DNA of 64,000 nt, from contig JACPEK010000001.1 of assembly GCA_016183535.1 (NCBI GenBank), positions 15,519 through 79,518 of the forward strand, read 5' to 3'. The notes beneath the pieces were generated by a model. The model saw only the letters and a program-made list of their open reading frames with translations. It did not search any database and was not told where the DNA came from. Of this stretch, positions 18,686 through 28,479 are shown one piece after another. This stretch comes from Candidatus Brennerbacteria bacterium (GTDB taxonomy: Bacteria > Patescibacteriota > Minisyncoccia > UBA6257 > GWB1-50-10). The position numbers and the translations under genes are program-made. The number at the start of each line of letters is the position of its first letter. Position 1 is the first letter of the stretch.

Positions 18686-20785
18686 TTACTGCTTTGTAAG
18701 CGTGAGATTTACTATCAAACGGCCAGGAATATCATCCGTCTCGTACGCAAAACGTGAGGTTTCGGTTTCCCGCCATGTGAAGCCGACGGGTGCCGCGATG
18801 GTAAGTGAGAGTTTGGTAGGCACGCCCGACTGTCGCTCGTAAACGAAGGTGTACCCCTCCCCCGCTTTCGACCCCTCCCCCGTTTTTCCGGGCGTCTGGT
18901 AGCGAACCTCAAGCGTGCGTGATTTTCCCGCCGCGACATTCATCCACGCCGCAAAGGCTTTTTTACCGAACGCGTTAAAGGTCCACGCCTGGAAATCGGA
19001 GGCAAACTTTTTGGTCATCTCGATAGATTTTTCAGCGGGGTAGAGATGTTCAACTTCCCGCGCGGTGAGTTCGGTTCCTTTCGGAGCGGGATCGTTGCCT
19101 TTTGTAAACACCAACTCCGCGGAAGGCGGCGTATAAATTTGAATATAGTTACGATTCGTGGCGCGCCAGAAAAGCTCGCGTTCGAGATCGCCACGATGCG
19201 TGCGCGTTACCGAGACGTCGGTCAGAAAAGCGCCATCGGTTGCAATATCCACGTATATATCCACTTTCTGTGTAATTACAAAATCGCTTTTTTTGCCGTC
19301 GAGATTTGCGTCTACCACGGCGAGGTAGTTGCCCCAAAATCCCGACGGCAGAGAATAGACGCCGCCGTCCCCTCCCGCATCCCGGATGAAGCGCGCAAGT
19401 TTCGGTTCGCGCGCGTAGAACATGAGATCTTTACGCTCGTAGTGGGTTTTGAGCATGTGAACGAGGTCTGTGGGCGTCTCTCCGTCCAGACTCGCCAAGC
19501 GTTCAAGGAGCACGGGGGTGAGTGCCTGCAGGATGCGTTTCGGTTTCCCCGCCGCTTTATCTTTGCCGAGCTCCACCTCGCGTTGAACTTCACGGAGAAA
19601 GTTTTCGTCGTCCAAAACAAGATTGTATTCGGAAAGCGCTACTGGCCCCGTTGCGTTGAGAAGCGATTCGATAACCGTGAAGTTCACTCCGATCACCATA
19701 TCGAACTTCACGCCGTAGTCCTCGTACATCTTGGAGGCTTCTATGAGGGACAAAACGGCTTCGGCGGAGGTCGGAAAATCGAAAAACCAATTTGCATCCC
19801 GCGCCTTCCATTCCGTCCATTCGCCGAAGGCTTCGGGCGAGCGGTATCCCGCGGCCAGTTGGCCATCCGGGTCGTAAATGTCGCGCACGTCAAGTTTTTG
19901 CATCGCGCCGTTCCGGACGGTGAGGTCCGCATAACTTCCGAGGAATCCTCCCGCCGGCCGTATCTCCGAAGGATTTTGAAACATGAGAAGAATGTGGCGA
20001 TCCGTGTCGGATGAGAGAAGCGAGGTGAGGGCGCCGAGGAATTCATCAAGCGCGTAAAGCTTCCCACTCCACGCGAGATAGCGTTCTCCCACGAATGAAT
20101 CGAGTGTGTCGAAGTATGGAGCGACCGACTTCAGCCGTCCCGTCGCGTTCTTAATATTCTGTGCGCTTGCGATTATCGCCTGGAGCGCTCGTCGCGCGTC
20201 CGAGAGTGAAGCGAGTATCGCGACACCATCACCCATGAACGAGACGAGTCCCTCCGCGCGGAGCGTCGCGAGTGAGTTCGTGAGCGCAAGGAAATTTGCG
20301 TTCACATTGATTGTGTCGCGCGCGAGCGACGCGGCTTCTCCAACGGCCGGCACGACTCCGCCCAAAACCCCCGCGAATGACGGTCCGTCGCGCGTCCCGA
20401 TGATCTTTGAAAATTTTTCGAGCTCCTCCTCATTTGCCTCAAAGTGCGTTGAAGCGGCCACAAAATCAAGCGTTTTAAGCGCGTCGACAGCCCGTGAGAA
20501 ATGATCGGCAATCGAAGTGCCGTGTCCGACGAGCGCGCTTCTTGCGGCGCGGAACCCCGCATAGAGCCCTCCCGTTCCCACGACGAGTGTGGCGATCACC
20601 GTAAACATAACGAGGCGCGCCTTTGCGGTATGAAAACGAGATGAGCGTTTCGGGGCGGTGAGATGTGCGCGGTGTGCGAGTAAAACCACGGGTTTGCCGA
20701 GCGCCTTACGGTGAGCCCCCCGCGGTCCTTTTACGTCTACCATTATCGGTTCGATATTCCGTTTTGATACCTTGATGCGCGTCAT
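18686..20785 (-). CDS. DUF4012-like large envelope protein (N-terminal TM anchor)
   Basis: ORF 18686..20839; ATG at 20785 minimises overlap with the GT4 gene; ~700 aa with TM helix LVMFTVIATLVVG. Confidence 0.55.
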   Translation of the reverse strand: MTRIKVSKRNIEPIMVDVKGPRGAHRKALGKPVVLLAHRAHLTAPKRSSRFHTAKARLVMFTVIATLVVGTGGLYAGFRAARSALVGHGTSIADHFSRAVDALKTLDFVAASTHFEANEEELEKFSKIIGTRDGPSFAGVLGGVVPAVGEAASLARDTINVNANFLALTNSLATLRAEGLVSFMGDGVAILASLSDARRALQAIIASAQNIKNATGRLKSVAPYFDTLDSFVGERYLAWSGKLYALDEFLGALTSLLSSDTDRHILLMFQNPSEIRPAGGFLGSYADLTVRNGAMQKLDVRDIYDPDGQLAAGYRSPEAFGEWTEWKARDANWFFDFPTSAEAVLSLIEASKMYEDYGVKFDMVIGVNFTVIESLLNATGPVALSEYNLVLDDENFLREVQREVELGKDKAAGKPKRILQALTPVLLERLASLDGETPTDLVHMLKTHYERKDLMFYAREPKLARFIRDAGGDGGVYSLPSGFWGNYLAVVDANLDGKKSDFVITQKVDIYVDIATDGAFLTDVSVTRTHRGDLERELFWRATNRNYIQIYTPPSAELVFTKGNDPAPKGTELTAREVEHLYPAEKSIEMTKKFASDFQAWTFNAFGKKAFAAWMNVAAGKSRTLEVRYQTPGKTGEGSKAGEGYTFVYERQSGVPTKLSLTIAAPVGFTWRETETSRFAYETDDIPGRLIVNLTLTKQ

Positions 20786-21921
20786 TGTTTTCGCACCGAT
20801 TCGAAGCAGGCAAGTGTTTTCCTGGCGGCCGTCTCCCACGAAAAGCGCGCGATGTTTGCAAATCCCGCGATTCGCAAACGTTCCGCCTCCCCGTTTCGCG
20901 AAAGTACCACGTCGATCGCCTCTGCCAGTTTGTCAGAACGGTGAGGATCGGCAAGGAGCGCGCTCGCGCCGAGCACTTCCGGGAGCGAACCGCCCGTCGA
21001 AGCCACAACCGGACATCCGCACGCTTGAGCCTCAAGGGGCGGGAAACCGAATCCCTCGTAGAACGAGGGGTATACGAACACCGCGGCGGTATTATAGAGC
21101 ATAAGAACGTCTTCCTTGCTCGCGGGACCCCAAAAGCGGATAGTGTTGCGGTACGGCGATTCCCGAAATGCTTTTACTACGTCGCCATAGAGCCACCCTA
21201 GTCTCCCCGCCACGACAAATCCGAAATCACGATAGGCAGGTTTGCGTTTTAAGAGATGAAAAGCTTCGAGTGCGCCGAGGACATTTTTGCGAGGCTCTAT
21301 GGTGCCCACATACAACATAAACGGCTTTGTGAGATTTTTTTCGACTCGGAAACGCGTGAGAATAAAATCGTGAGATGGGAGCGCCTGATAGCGTGGCGAA
21401 ATGCCCGAATGAATCATTGAAATATTTTCCTTCGGCACGTTCCAGAGTGAAATAAGATCTTGTTTTGTCGCTTCGGATACCGCGATCAGATGGCACGCGC
21501 GTTCAACCTGATGACGCACGTCTTGCGCCGCGTGCCAGAGTCGCTTTCCTCGCGGGAAGAAAAGCGGAAAACGCACGAACGAGAGATCGTGGATGGTAAT
21601 GATCCGGCGGGCGCGAGACGTGAATTTTAAAAGGTTGAAATGAGGACTGAAGTAGAGATCTGCCCGCGCGAGGCGATCCACTTTTGGAAATGATAAAAGA
21701 CGGAACGAAACATCGAGTAATCGGTTCGGCACTCCCCAATTCACGGAGGGAATTTTTCTCCACGCGCGTGGAAGTTTGAAAGTGTGCCAACCGTTCGTAA
21801 AAATTTGGTAGCGGTTTTTTTCGTCGATCTCAAAAAGCTTCGAGAAGAGATTAAGAGTGTACTCTTCTATGCCGGTGTGCACGCCGGAAAAAAGGAGGCG
21901 CGCGTCGAGAAGAATTTTCAT
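20782..21921 (-). CDS. glycosyltransferase family 4
   Basis: 379-aa ORF; GT4 C-terminal motif ..EGFGFPPLEAQACGCPVV.. Confidence 0.85.
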   Translation of the reverse strand: MKILLDARLLFSGVHTGIEEYTLNLFSKLFEIDEKNRYQIFTNGWHTFKLPRAWRKIPSVNWGVPNRLLDVSFRLLSFPKVDRLARADLYFSPHFNLLKFTSRARRIITIHDLSFVRFPLFFPRGKRLWHAAQDVRHQVERACHLIAVSEATKQDLISLWNVPKENISMIHSGISPRYQALPSHDFILTRFRVEKNLTKPFMLYVGTIEPRKNVLGALEAFHLLKRKPAYRDFGFVVAGRLGWLYGDVVKAFRESPYRNTIRFWGPASKEDVLMLYNTAAVFVYPSFYEGFGFPPLEAQACGCPVVASTGGSLPEVLGASALLADPHRSDKLAEAIDVVLSRNGEAERLRIAGFANIARFSWETAARKTLACFESVRKQ

Positions 21922-23078
21922 TGGTGCGCGATATTAATTGATGCGGAAACGGCCCGGTGAATCACGCGATTAATATTCTCCACAAAGGCGCTTTTGGAAA
22001 ACCTGCGGGCGCGCGCCGCAATGACGTATGGATCAAACTGCAGGTTTTCAAACCGTCTTACTGCATCCACGATCGCTTCCGGCGTTTGGGAATGAAACTG
22101 GATTCCAGTCGTTCCATCCTCCACGATTTCGACGCCACCGCCCTTGCGGTATGCAATGACGGGCGTACCGCACGCCTGGGCCTCCGCGGCGACAAGGCCA
22201 AAATCCTCGATTTGAGGAAAAATAAGCGCTTTCGCTCCCCTGTACCGCGCGCGAAGCTCTTCATCGGAAATGTTTTTGACGAATGTGATGAGCGGCGCTA
22301 CCGCAAGTTTTTTCAACTTCACTTCTTCGGGACCCGCACCGATCACCATAAGCGCGCGTCCCAGCTTATTGAAAGCGCGAATACCGAGATCAAACCGCTT
22401 GTAGGAAAGGAGGCGTCCGGCCATCAGGTAATAGTTTTTGGTTGTTCGTTGATTGGTTTTTAGTTCCCCTCTCGTAAGCGGTTTCCAGAATTCGGTATCG
22501 ACGGGCGGATAAATAATCTCCGCTTCGCGGTCGTAATAAGCGCGGATTTTATCCGCAATAAAACGTGAATTTGCGAGAAATACGTCGACTCTGTCTGCCG
22601 CGCGCCGATCCCATCGCTGGAGCGCCCGCGCGAGAGGCTTCAAAACGGCTTCACGCAATGGCCAGGGAGAAAAAGGTATGTTTTTGAGGTAGTCGAATTC
22701 CCATGCGTAGCGGAGCGGGCTGTGACAATAACTTATATGCGTGGCGCCCGCAATGGCAAAACCTTTCGCGTAACCGGCGGAAGAAGACAGTACGAGATCA
22801 TAAAAATTCCCCGCGCGTGCGGCGGTCGGTTGGCTAGGTCTGACGGTGGCGGCCGCGAGCGGCATGAGAGGGATAAATGCGCGGTGGTGATGCCGCACGA
22901 ACGGCACATCGATCCGACTCGTCCCGGTCACGCGGCCTTCGAAAACCCCGCGCGTGCGCGCGGGATCGTACAGTAAAGTGAAAAGATCGGCTTTCGGGAA
23001 CATCCCAAGAAACACTTCAAGCACCCGCTCCGCACCCCCGTACTGATTCAAATAGTCGTGGAGGATGGCAACCCGCAT
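21918..23078 (-). CDS. glycosyltransferase family 4
   Basis: 386-aa ORF; ..EDFGLVAAEAQACGTPVIA..; overlaps neighbour by 4 nt. Confidence 0.85.
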   Translation of the reverse strand: MRVAILHDYLNQYGGAERVLEVFLGMFPKADLFTLLYDPARTRGVFEGRVTGTSRIDVPFVRHHHRAFIPLMPLAAATVRPSQPTAARAGNFYDLVLSSSAGYAKGFAIAGATHISYCHSPLRYAWEFDYLKNIPFSPWPLREAVLKPLARALQRWDRRAADRVDVFLANSRFIADKIRAYYDREAEIIYPPVDTEFWKPLTRGELKTNQRTTKNYYLMAGRLLSYKRFDLGIRAFNKLGRALMVIGAGPEEVKLKKLAVAPLITFVKNISDEELRARYRGAKALIFPQIEDFGLVAAEAQACGTPVIAYRKGGGVEIVEDGTTGIQFHSQTPEAIVDAVRRFENLQFDPYVIAARARRFSKSAFVENINRVIHRAVSASINIAHQ

Positions 23079-23113
23079 CGTTTTATCATTGTATCTGTTT
23101 TGCCGAAACGCGG

Positions 23114-23704
23114 CTATACACCCGTCGGATCGGTCAAAAAAATCACAACCGTTTTCCAGAGAATCTTCAGATCTAACCCGAGCGAAGCGTTTTTCAGGTA
23201 GGTGGCGTCATATTCAAGTTCTGCGAGAAACGGGAGCGCGGAGGCGCCCATGACCTGCGAGAGTCCCGTGAGGCCCGCCTTCGCGTTCGCGAGATGTTTG
23301 AATTCGGGCGGGTAGGCGGCGACCTCCTCCGGCTCGTGCGGACGTGGACCTATGAGCGTCAGTTCCCCCTTGAGTACGTTCCAAAATTGTGGAAATTCAT
23401 CCACGCGGAGCATGCGGAGCAATCTCCCGATTTTGGTGAGGCGCGGATCGTCCTTGATTTTGAAAAAAGGCCCATCGTTCCTTTCGTTGAGGTGAGAGAG
23501 ACTTGTTTTCATTGTCGAAGCTCCCTTTATCATCGTTCTGAACTTCCATACTCGCACAAGCCTCCCCTCGCTCACGCGCGCGAGCCCCACAAAGATCGGG
23601 CGTCCGCTTTCCCGCGCGATCGCGAGTGCGATGAATGGTGTAAATGGCGCAACGAACGCGAGTCCGCACAATGCGCCGACAACATCAAGGATCCTCTTTG
23701 TCAT
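23114..23704 (-). CDS. polyprenyl-phosphate sugar phosphotransferase (bacterial sugar transferase family)
   Basis: ATG at 23704 (MTKRILDVVGA..); C-terminal sugar-transferase domain ..IGPRPHEPEE..; overlaps rsmI stop. Confidence 0.85.
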   Translation of the reverse strand: MTKRILDVVGALCGLAFVAPFTPFIALAIARESGRPIFVGLARVSEGRLVRVWKFRTMIKGASTMKTSLSHLNERNDGPFFKIKDDPRLTKIGRLLRMLRVDEFPQFWNVLKGELTLIGPRPHEPEEVAAYPPEFKHLANAKAGLTGLSQVMGASALPFLAELEYDATYLKNASLGLDLKILWKTVVIFLTDPTGV

Positions 23705-24372
23705 GGGATGATGAGGACAAATTCTCCGCGGCCTCGGGGGCCGGTAAAACGCCCTGGGGCATCTCCTACCTCCCCGCTCCATACCTCTTCATGTACCTTC
23801 GTGAGTTCGTGGGCCACCACAATCAACGCTTTATCTCCCAATATGCTCGCAAGCGCGTTGAGGGTTTTTAGGAGACGGTGGGGCGATTCATAAATCACAA
23901 GCGGGCGTACGGTGATGGTGGAAAGCGATGAAAAAAACGTATTTCTCCCCTTTTTTGCCGGAGGATAGCCAAGAAACGTAAAACGTTCCGCGGGAACACC
24001 GGCTACAGAAAGCGCCGCGGTGATTGCTGAAGGCCCAGGAACGGCGACGATGGGAACGGCGGGAAGCGCCGTCCGGATCGCGGTGACGAGCCGACTCCCC
24101 GGATCGGCGATTGCGGGTGTGCCGGCATCCGTTACCACCGCTACTGCCATGCCTTGAATGAGCATATCCCGTATCTCCGTGAATCCGCGCGTGTGAGAGT
24201 GTTCGTCATATCTCCGTACGGGCGCGCCGATGCCATATCGTGAAAGAAGTTTTCTCGCCACGCGCGTATCTTCCGCATAGATAAGATTCGCGGTTTTAAG
24301 CGTCTCAAGAGCCCGAAGAGTAATGTCCTTCAGGTTGCCTATCGGGGTCGCCACAAGATAAAGTGTCCCCAT
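23701..24372 (-). CDS. rsmI: 16S rRNA (cytidine1402-2'-O)-methyltransferase RsmI
   Basis: 223-aa ORF; tetrapyrrole-methylase fold ..LYLVATPIGNLKDIT.. Confidence 0.85.
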   Translation of the reverse strand: MGTLYLVATPIGNLKDITLRALETLKTANLIYAEDTRVARKLLSRYGIGAPVRRYDEHSHTRGFTEIRDMLIQGMAVAVVTDAGTPAIADPGSRLVTAIRTALPAVPIVAVPGPSAITAALSVAGVPAERFTFLGYPPAKKGRNTFFSSLSTITVRPLVIYESPHRLLKTLNALASILGDKALIVVAHELTKVHEEVWSGEVGDAPGRFTGPRGRGEFVLIIP

Positions 24373-24398
24373 GCCGCGAGATCCTTTGGAATCCGCGG

Positions 24399-24719
24399 CT
24401 ACGCTTTAAGCCGCTCTCTTATTTTTCTATTCGAAAATCCACGCAGATAATAAAGTTTTCCTTTGTGTACTTTTTTGGGACTGGAAAGTACTTGAATCCG
24501 CGCGAGGGTAGGCGTGTGGAGCGGAAAAACCTTCTCAACCCCCACTTCGTGGATCATCGCCCGTACCGTAAAGCTTCCTCCAGCCTCACTCCCATGCTGG
24601 CGGGCAAGCACAATGCCTTCGAACGCACTTTCGCGCTCTTTCCCTCCTTCCTTGATGCGTTCCCAGACACGCACGCGAGCTCCCGGACGTATTTTTTTCT
24701 GAATTTCAGAATCAATCAT
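24399..24719 (-). CDS. rplS: 50S ribosomal protein L19
   Basis: 106-aa ORF; ..FEGIVLARQHG..FTVRAM..GVEKVFPLHTP..KLYYLR. Confidence 0.9.
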   Translation of the reverse strand: MIDSEIQKKIRPGARVRVWERIKEGGKERESAFEGIVLARQHGSEAGGSFTVRAMIHEVGVEKVFPLHTPTLARIQVLSSPKKVHKGKLYYLRGFSNRKIRERLKA

Positions 24720-24809
24720 AACTTCTAGAGTTTAGCGGTTCGTCCGTTCTGTGTCAAATGGAAAAAGAACTCTTTTCCCGCTCCATTGCTCGTTTTTTTG
24801 ATCTTTTAC

Positions 24810-24837
24810 TTGAAAATGCCGGATGATATGGTATACT
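24810..24837 (+). promoter_or_regulatory. candidate promoter TTGAAA-16-TATACT for the 3D-domain gene
   Basis: -35 24810-24815, -10 24832-24837; would give a near-leaderless transcript for ATG 24848. Confidence 0.35.
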
Positions 24838-24847
24838 TACGGCATTG

Positions 24848-25405
24848 ATGAAAAGCACCCTGCGGAAGGGCGTTTTTTATTGGAAACGCCACCATATGTT
24901 ATCGTACATCCTTGCGGCGGTGACCGCGGCCATGGTTTTTGTGGTTGCTCCCCCCGGCGCGGTGGAAGAAAAAGCGGCGGGAGTTGCGGAAGCGCATGCG
25001 CAAGCGGCCGAATCAAGTTTAACGGCGGTGACCGCGGCAAGGTCCTCCCAAGACCATTCCGGTAGCGTTTCAAAAACGCTCTCGGCGTGGGTAACGGCGT
25101 ATTCTTCAACGCCCGAGGAAACCGATGAGACTCCTTTTCTCACGGCGCGCAATACGGAGGTGCGGGACGGCATCGTGGCCACAAATTTCCTTCCCTTCGG
25201 GACGAGGATCATGATTCCCGAGCGCTTCGGCCAAAAAGTGTTCATCGTGGAAGACCGGATGCACCGCCGGAAGACCAATTTCGTGGACGTCTGGATGTCC
25301 ACCAAGGAAGCGGCGAAGGAATTTGGTATTTCTTTCACCACCATCGTGGTGCTCGAGAAAGGCCACAATGCCGTGGCGAGCGTTCACGAAGCGGCGGCCG
25401 ACTAG
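24848..25405 (+). CDS. 3D domain-containing (RlpA/MltA-like double-psi beta-barrel) secreted protein
   Basis: ORF opens with TTG 24845 then ATG 24848; signal-anchor MMKSTLRKGVFYWKRHHMLSYILAAV..; 3D domain ..WVTAYSSTPEETDETPFLTA.. Confidence 0.7.
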   Translation: MKSTLRKGVFYWKRHHMLSYILAAVTAAMVFVVAPPGAVEEKAAGVAEAHAQAAESSLTAVTAARSSQDHSGSVSKTLSAWVTAYSSTPEETDETPFLTARNTEVRDGIVATNFLPFGTRIMIPERFGQKVFIVEDRMHRRKTNFVDVWMSTKEAAKEFGISFTTIVVLEKGHNAVASVHEAAAD

Positions 25406-25424
25406 GCGCCCTTCCGGGGCGTCT

Positions 25425-25748
25425 TTAGTTTATGGCGTCTATCTTAGCCGCGAGGATAAAATCGTTCTCGGACAAGCCGCCGATCGCGTGTGTCCAAAGT
25501 TCCACCACTACCTTTCCCCACGAGAGCTGAAGGTCGGGGTGGTGGTCTTCCGTTTCCGCGATCTCCCCTATTTTGTTCGCGAACGCGAGCGCCTGCGTGA
25601 AATTGGAAAACGCGAACTCTTTTCTTATCTTTTTGGCGTCTATCACTCCCCATCCCTTTACTTCCTTGAGATAGCGCTCGAGCGCCATACCTTGAAGCGC
25701 CGACATTCCACCGTCACACGCCGCGCATTTCTTCAAGAGGAGATCCAT
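25425..25748 (-). CDS. pterin-4-alpha-carbinolamine dehydratase
   Basis: 107-aa ORF; ..EDHHPDL.. signature. Confidence 0.85.
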   Translation of the reverse strand: MDLLLKKCAACDGGMSALQGMALERYLKEVKGWGVIDAKKIRKEFAFSNFTQALAFANKIGEIAETEDHHPDLQLSWGKVVVELWTHAIGGLSENDFILAAKIDAIN

Positions 25749-25860
25749 TTTGACATTATGGCAGTTGTTGTGTTAAAACGCAAACAACATACTTATCACG
25801 CCGCGGTTTCTGCAGGCGAATGCCTGAAATATGCCAATACCGGCGCGCCTTGAAACATTA

Positions 25861-25891
25861 GGAGCTTCCTCTTTGGAAGCTCCTCTCTTTT
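25861..25891. terminator. intrinsic terminator hairpin GGAGCTTCC-tctt-TGGAAGCTCC with TCTCTTTTTT on the plus side
   Basis: Perfect 9-bp stem; U-tract on plus strand overlaps SOD stop; also ends the candidate small transcript starting near 25762. Confidence 0.6.
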
Positions 25892-26530
25892 TTACGCCCG
25901 ATATCGTCTTTCCGCTTCTTGCCAACGCACCACGTTCCACCAATTTTCGACATATTCCGCTCTGCGGTTCTGATATTTCAGATAGTAGGCGTGTTCCCAG
26001 ACGTCGAGGCCTAACAGGGGCACCTGACCGTTAGTCAACGGCGCATCTTGGTTCGCGGTGGTAATAATTTGCAGTGTTTGGTTGTGAATTGAAACGAGCC
26101 AGCACCAACCGCTCCCGAAGTGGCCCGCCGCGGCGGCGGTGAATTTTTCCTTAAACGCGTCGAAACTTCCGAACGTGTCCGCGATCAGTTTTATAAACTC
26201 ACGCGAGGGCGCATCACCTCCTCCGCCTGCTGGTGATGCCATCATCACCCAAAAAAGCGAGTGGTTGTAGTGCCCCCCACCGTTGTTTCTTACGGCCGTG
26301 CGGATATCCTCCGGCACCGCGTTAATATTCCTCAACATTTCCTCAAGCGCCTCCATTTCGGGCTTGCCCGCCATAGCTTCAGCGAAGGCGGGGTGCTTCT
26401 CAAGTGCCGCGTTCAACTTCTCCACATACGCCGCGTGATGTTTTGCGTGGTGGATCTCCATCGTCCTCGCGTCTATGAAAGGCTCAAGCGCATCGTACGC
26501 GTAGGGAAGTTTTGGCAACTCGTAGCCCAT
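25892..26530 (-). CDS. Fe/Mn superoxide dismutase
   Basis: ATG at 26530 ([17 protein letters not shown]..); metal ligands ..HH..H.., ..DVWEHAYY.. Confidence 0.9.
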   Translation of the reverse strand: MGYELPKLPYAYDALEPFIDARTMEIHHAKHHAAYVEKLNAALEKHPAFAEAMAGKPEMEALEEMLRNINAVPEDIRTAVRNNGGGHYNHSLFWVMMASPAGGGGDAPSREFIKLIADTFGSFDAFKEKFTAAAAGHFGSGWCWLVSIHNQTLQIITTANQDAPLTNGQVPLLGLDVWEHAYYLKYQNRRAEYVENWWNVVRWQEAERRYRA

Positions 26531-26535
26531 ATCGT

Positions 26536-27216
26536 TTATTTTACGCCGGCGTGGAACGCGCTCAAGGGGCACTTTGCGTGATCGTGTTTTCGCGCGGGGC
26601 AATACTTTCTTCCGTATTCAATGAGGAGATATGTCAACTTGAACCAATATTTTTTCGGGAAGAGCGCCATAAGATCCCGTTCGATCTTTATAGGTTCGCG
26701 GTGGGACGAGAAACCGAATACGCGCGCGAGACGCAGGACGTGGGTATCCACCGCAATCCCCTCCACTACGCCATAGGCGTTCCCGAGCACCACGTTAGCG
26801 GTTTTCCGGCCTACCCCGGGAATTGTGATCATCTCGACCATCGTGCGTGGCACCTTCCCGCCAAATTGTTTCTTCACCGTCCGGGCCGCAGCTAAAATAT
26901 TTTTTGCCTTTGCGCGATAGAAACCGGTTTGATAAATGTCTTTCTCGAATTCTTGAACGGCCCGCCGGCTGGCGGATGCGCGCAGATAGTCGCCAAACGT
27001 GCGATATTTCTTAAAAAGCTTCGCGGTCACCTCGTTTACCTTTTTGTCGGTGCACTGCGCGGAAAGAATGACGGCGACTAAGAGTTCCCAAGGATTTTCA
27101 TATCTCAAGACGATTCCCGCGCGCGGAAACATTTTCCATAAAACACGGAACATACGCGCCGCCCGGGCGCGCCGAAGTTGCGGCGACCGCGAGCCCGCGC
27201 GTTTCGTTTTCATCAT
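26536..27216 (-). CDS. nth: endonuclease III (HhH-GPD, 4Fe-4S)
   Basis: Internal ATG 27216 (MMKTKRAG..) of the 374-aa ORF; ..[13 protein letters not shown].., C-x6-C-x2-C-x5-C cluster. Confidence 0.85.
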   Translation of the reverse strand: MMKTKRAGSRSPQLRRARAARMFRVLWKMFPRAGIVLRYENPWELLVAVILSAQCTDKKVNEVTAKLFKKYRTFGDYLRASASRRAVQEFEKDIYQTGFYRAKAKNILAAARTVKKQFGGKVPRTMVEMITIPGVGRKTANVVLGNAYGVVEGIAVDTHVLRLARVFGFSSHREPIKIERDLMALFPKKYWFKLTYLLIEYGRKYCPARKHDHAKCPLSAFHAGVK

Positions 27217-27425
27217 GCCACCGCCTGTGATTTCCGCGGTCGTTCCGAAATGAAATAGAGATACACGATGTCGAGGAGTCCTACCGTGTTGATGAGAAGG
27301 AGCGCCACGAACCATCCCGTGTGCCGGCGGGCGGCGGCCTTCCAAAGCGCCATTCCTTTCCACGGGAGGGACCACAGGATTCCGATCCATATAATCCACT
27401 GGTGCTCCAAGAAGAATTGTTCCAT
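27213..27425 (-). CDS. small membrane protein, DUF5652-like
   Basis: 70-aa ORF, two TM helices, Trp-rich; stop overlaps nth start. Confidence 0.4.
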   Translation of the reverse strand: MEQFFLEHQWIIWIGILWSLPWKGMALWKAAARRHTGWFVALLLINTVGLLDIVYLYFISERPRKSQAVA

Positions 27426-27445
27426 GCGGGTAGTATAGCACTATA

Positions 27446-28393
27446 ATGAGCATAATGGAATTTACCGCACCACATAACGGCCGGCTCGATACTCTCCTTA
27501 TGGAGACGCTTCCGGAGTTTTCCCGACATCGCATCAAGAGAGGCATCGCGGGAGGCGCCGTGCGGGTAAACGGCGTGGTCGCCGCAAAGGCGGGCGCGAA
27601 AGTGAAGCTCGGCGCCTTTATTTCCGCCGATGAAACAATTTTTCCTCCGGCGGCGGACAAACGCCGCCCCCTACCCGCCCCGAAAATACCCCTCGAAATT
27701 CTCTATGAAGATGATGATTGTCTTGTGGTGAATAAGCCGGCGGGGCTACTTACCCACCCCACCGCGACCCGACTTGCGGACACGCTCGCGGGTGCGCTTC
27801 TCGCGCGGTACCCCTCGCTCGCCACGGTAGGTGAAAATCCGCTTCGACCAGGAATCGTTCATCGTCTGGACGAAAACACCTCCGGACTCCTCGTCTTCGC
27901 GAAAACGCAGATCGCGTTTAAGTTTTTGAAGCGGCAGTTCATAGGTCGGAGCGTGCAAAAAACTTACCTCGCGCTTGTCGAGGGCGTTCCTGTGCAAAAG
28001 GAAGGTGTGATTGAGTATGCGATCCGCCCCTCTTCGAAAAATCCGGCGAAGCGCGTGGCAATAAAAAGAGTTCTCCCGCACGGCACGGAGAAAAGAGAAA
28101 AAAAATCCGTGCGAGAAGCCGAAACGCGCTATCGCGTCGTGGAGTCGTTCGGGAAGCGATACGCGCTTATGGAACTCAAACCGAAAACCGGCCGTACGCA
28201 CCAGATCCGCGTGCATCTCGCCGCGATTGGCCATCCTGTGGTCGGCGACACGCTCTATGGCTCCCGCACGCGCGGCATCCGTCAGCTTCTCCACGCCGCC
28301 CGCCTCGAATTTATCCGTCCGAACCGCAAATCTATTTCACTTACATCTCCGCTCCCACATGACTTCCGGTTGTTTCTTAAAAAACTCAAATAG
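27446..28393 (+). CDS. RluA-family 23S rRNA pseudouridine synthase
   Basis: 315-aa ORF; S4 domain then ..IVHRLDENTSGLLVFAK.. Confidence 0.85.
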   Translation: MSIMEFTAPHNGRLDTLLMETLPEFSRHRIKRGIAGGAVRVNGVVAAKAGAKVKLGAFISADETIFPPAADKRRPLPAPKIPLEILYEDDDCLVVNKPAGLLTHPTATRLADTLAGALLARYPSLATVGENPLRPGIVHRLDENTSGLLVFAKTQIAFKFLKRQFIGRSVQKTYLALVEGVPVQKEGVIEYAIRPSSKNPAKRVAIKRVLPHGTEKREKKSVREAETRYRVVESFGKRYALMELKPKTGRTHQIRVHLAAIGHPVVGDTLYGSRTRGIRQLLHAARLEFIRPNRKSISLTSPLPHDFRLFLKKLK

Positions 28394-28411
28394 ACAGTGC
28401 CTGTTAAAAAG

Positions 28412-28445
28412 AAAAACACCGCTCCTCACAAGCGGTGTTTTTATC
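28412..28445. terminator. bidirectional intrinsic terminator CACCGCT-cctcaca-AGCGGTG + TTTTTAT
   Basis: A-tract / hairpin / T-tract between convergent genes. Confidence 0.6.
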
Positions 28446-28479
28446 TGCACATTTTGAAGTGCGCGATTATTATACCATA

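Noticed and set aside
26536-27660. 374-aa long form of the endonuclease III ORF
   Set aside because: The first 148 codons have no EndoIII homology and overlap the DUF5652-like gene on the same strand in another frame; the conserved protein starts at ATG 27216
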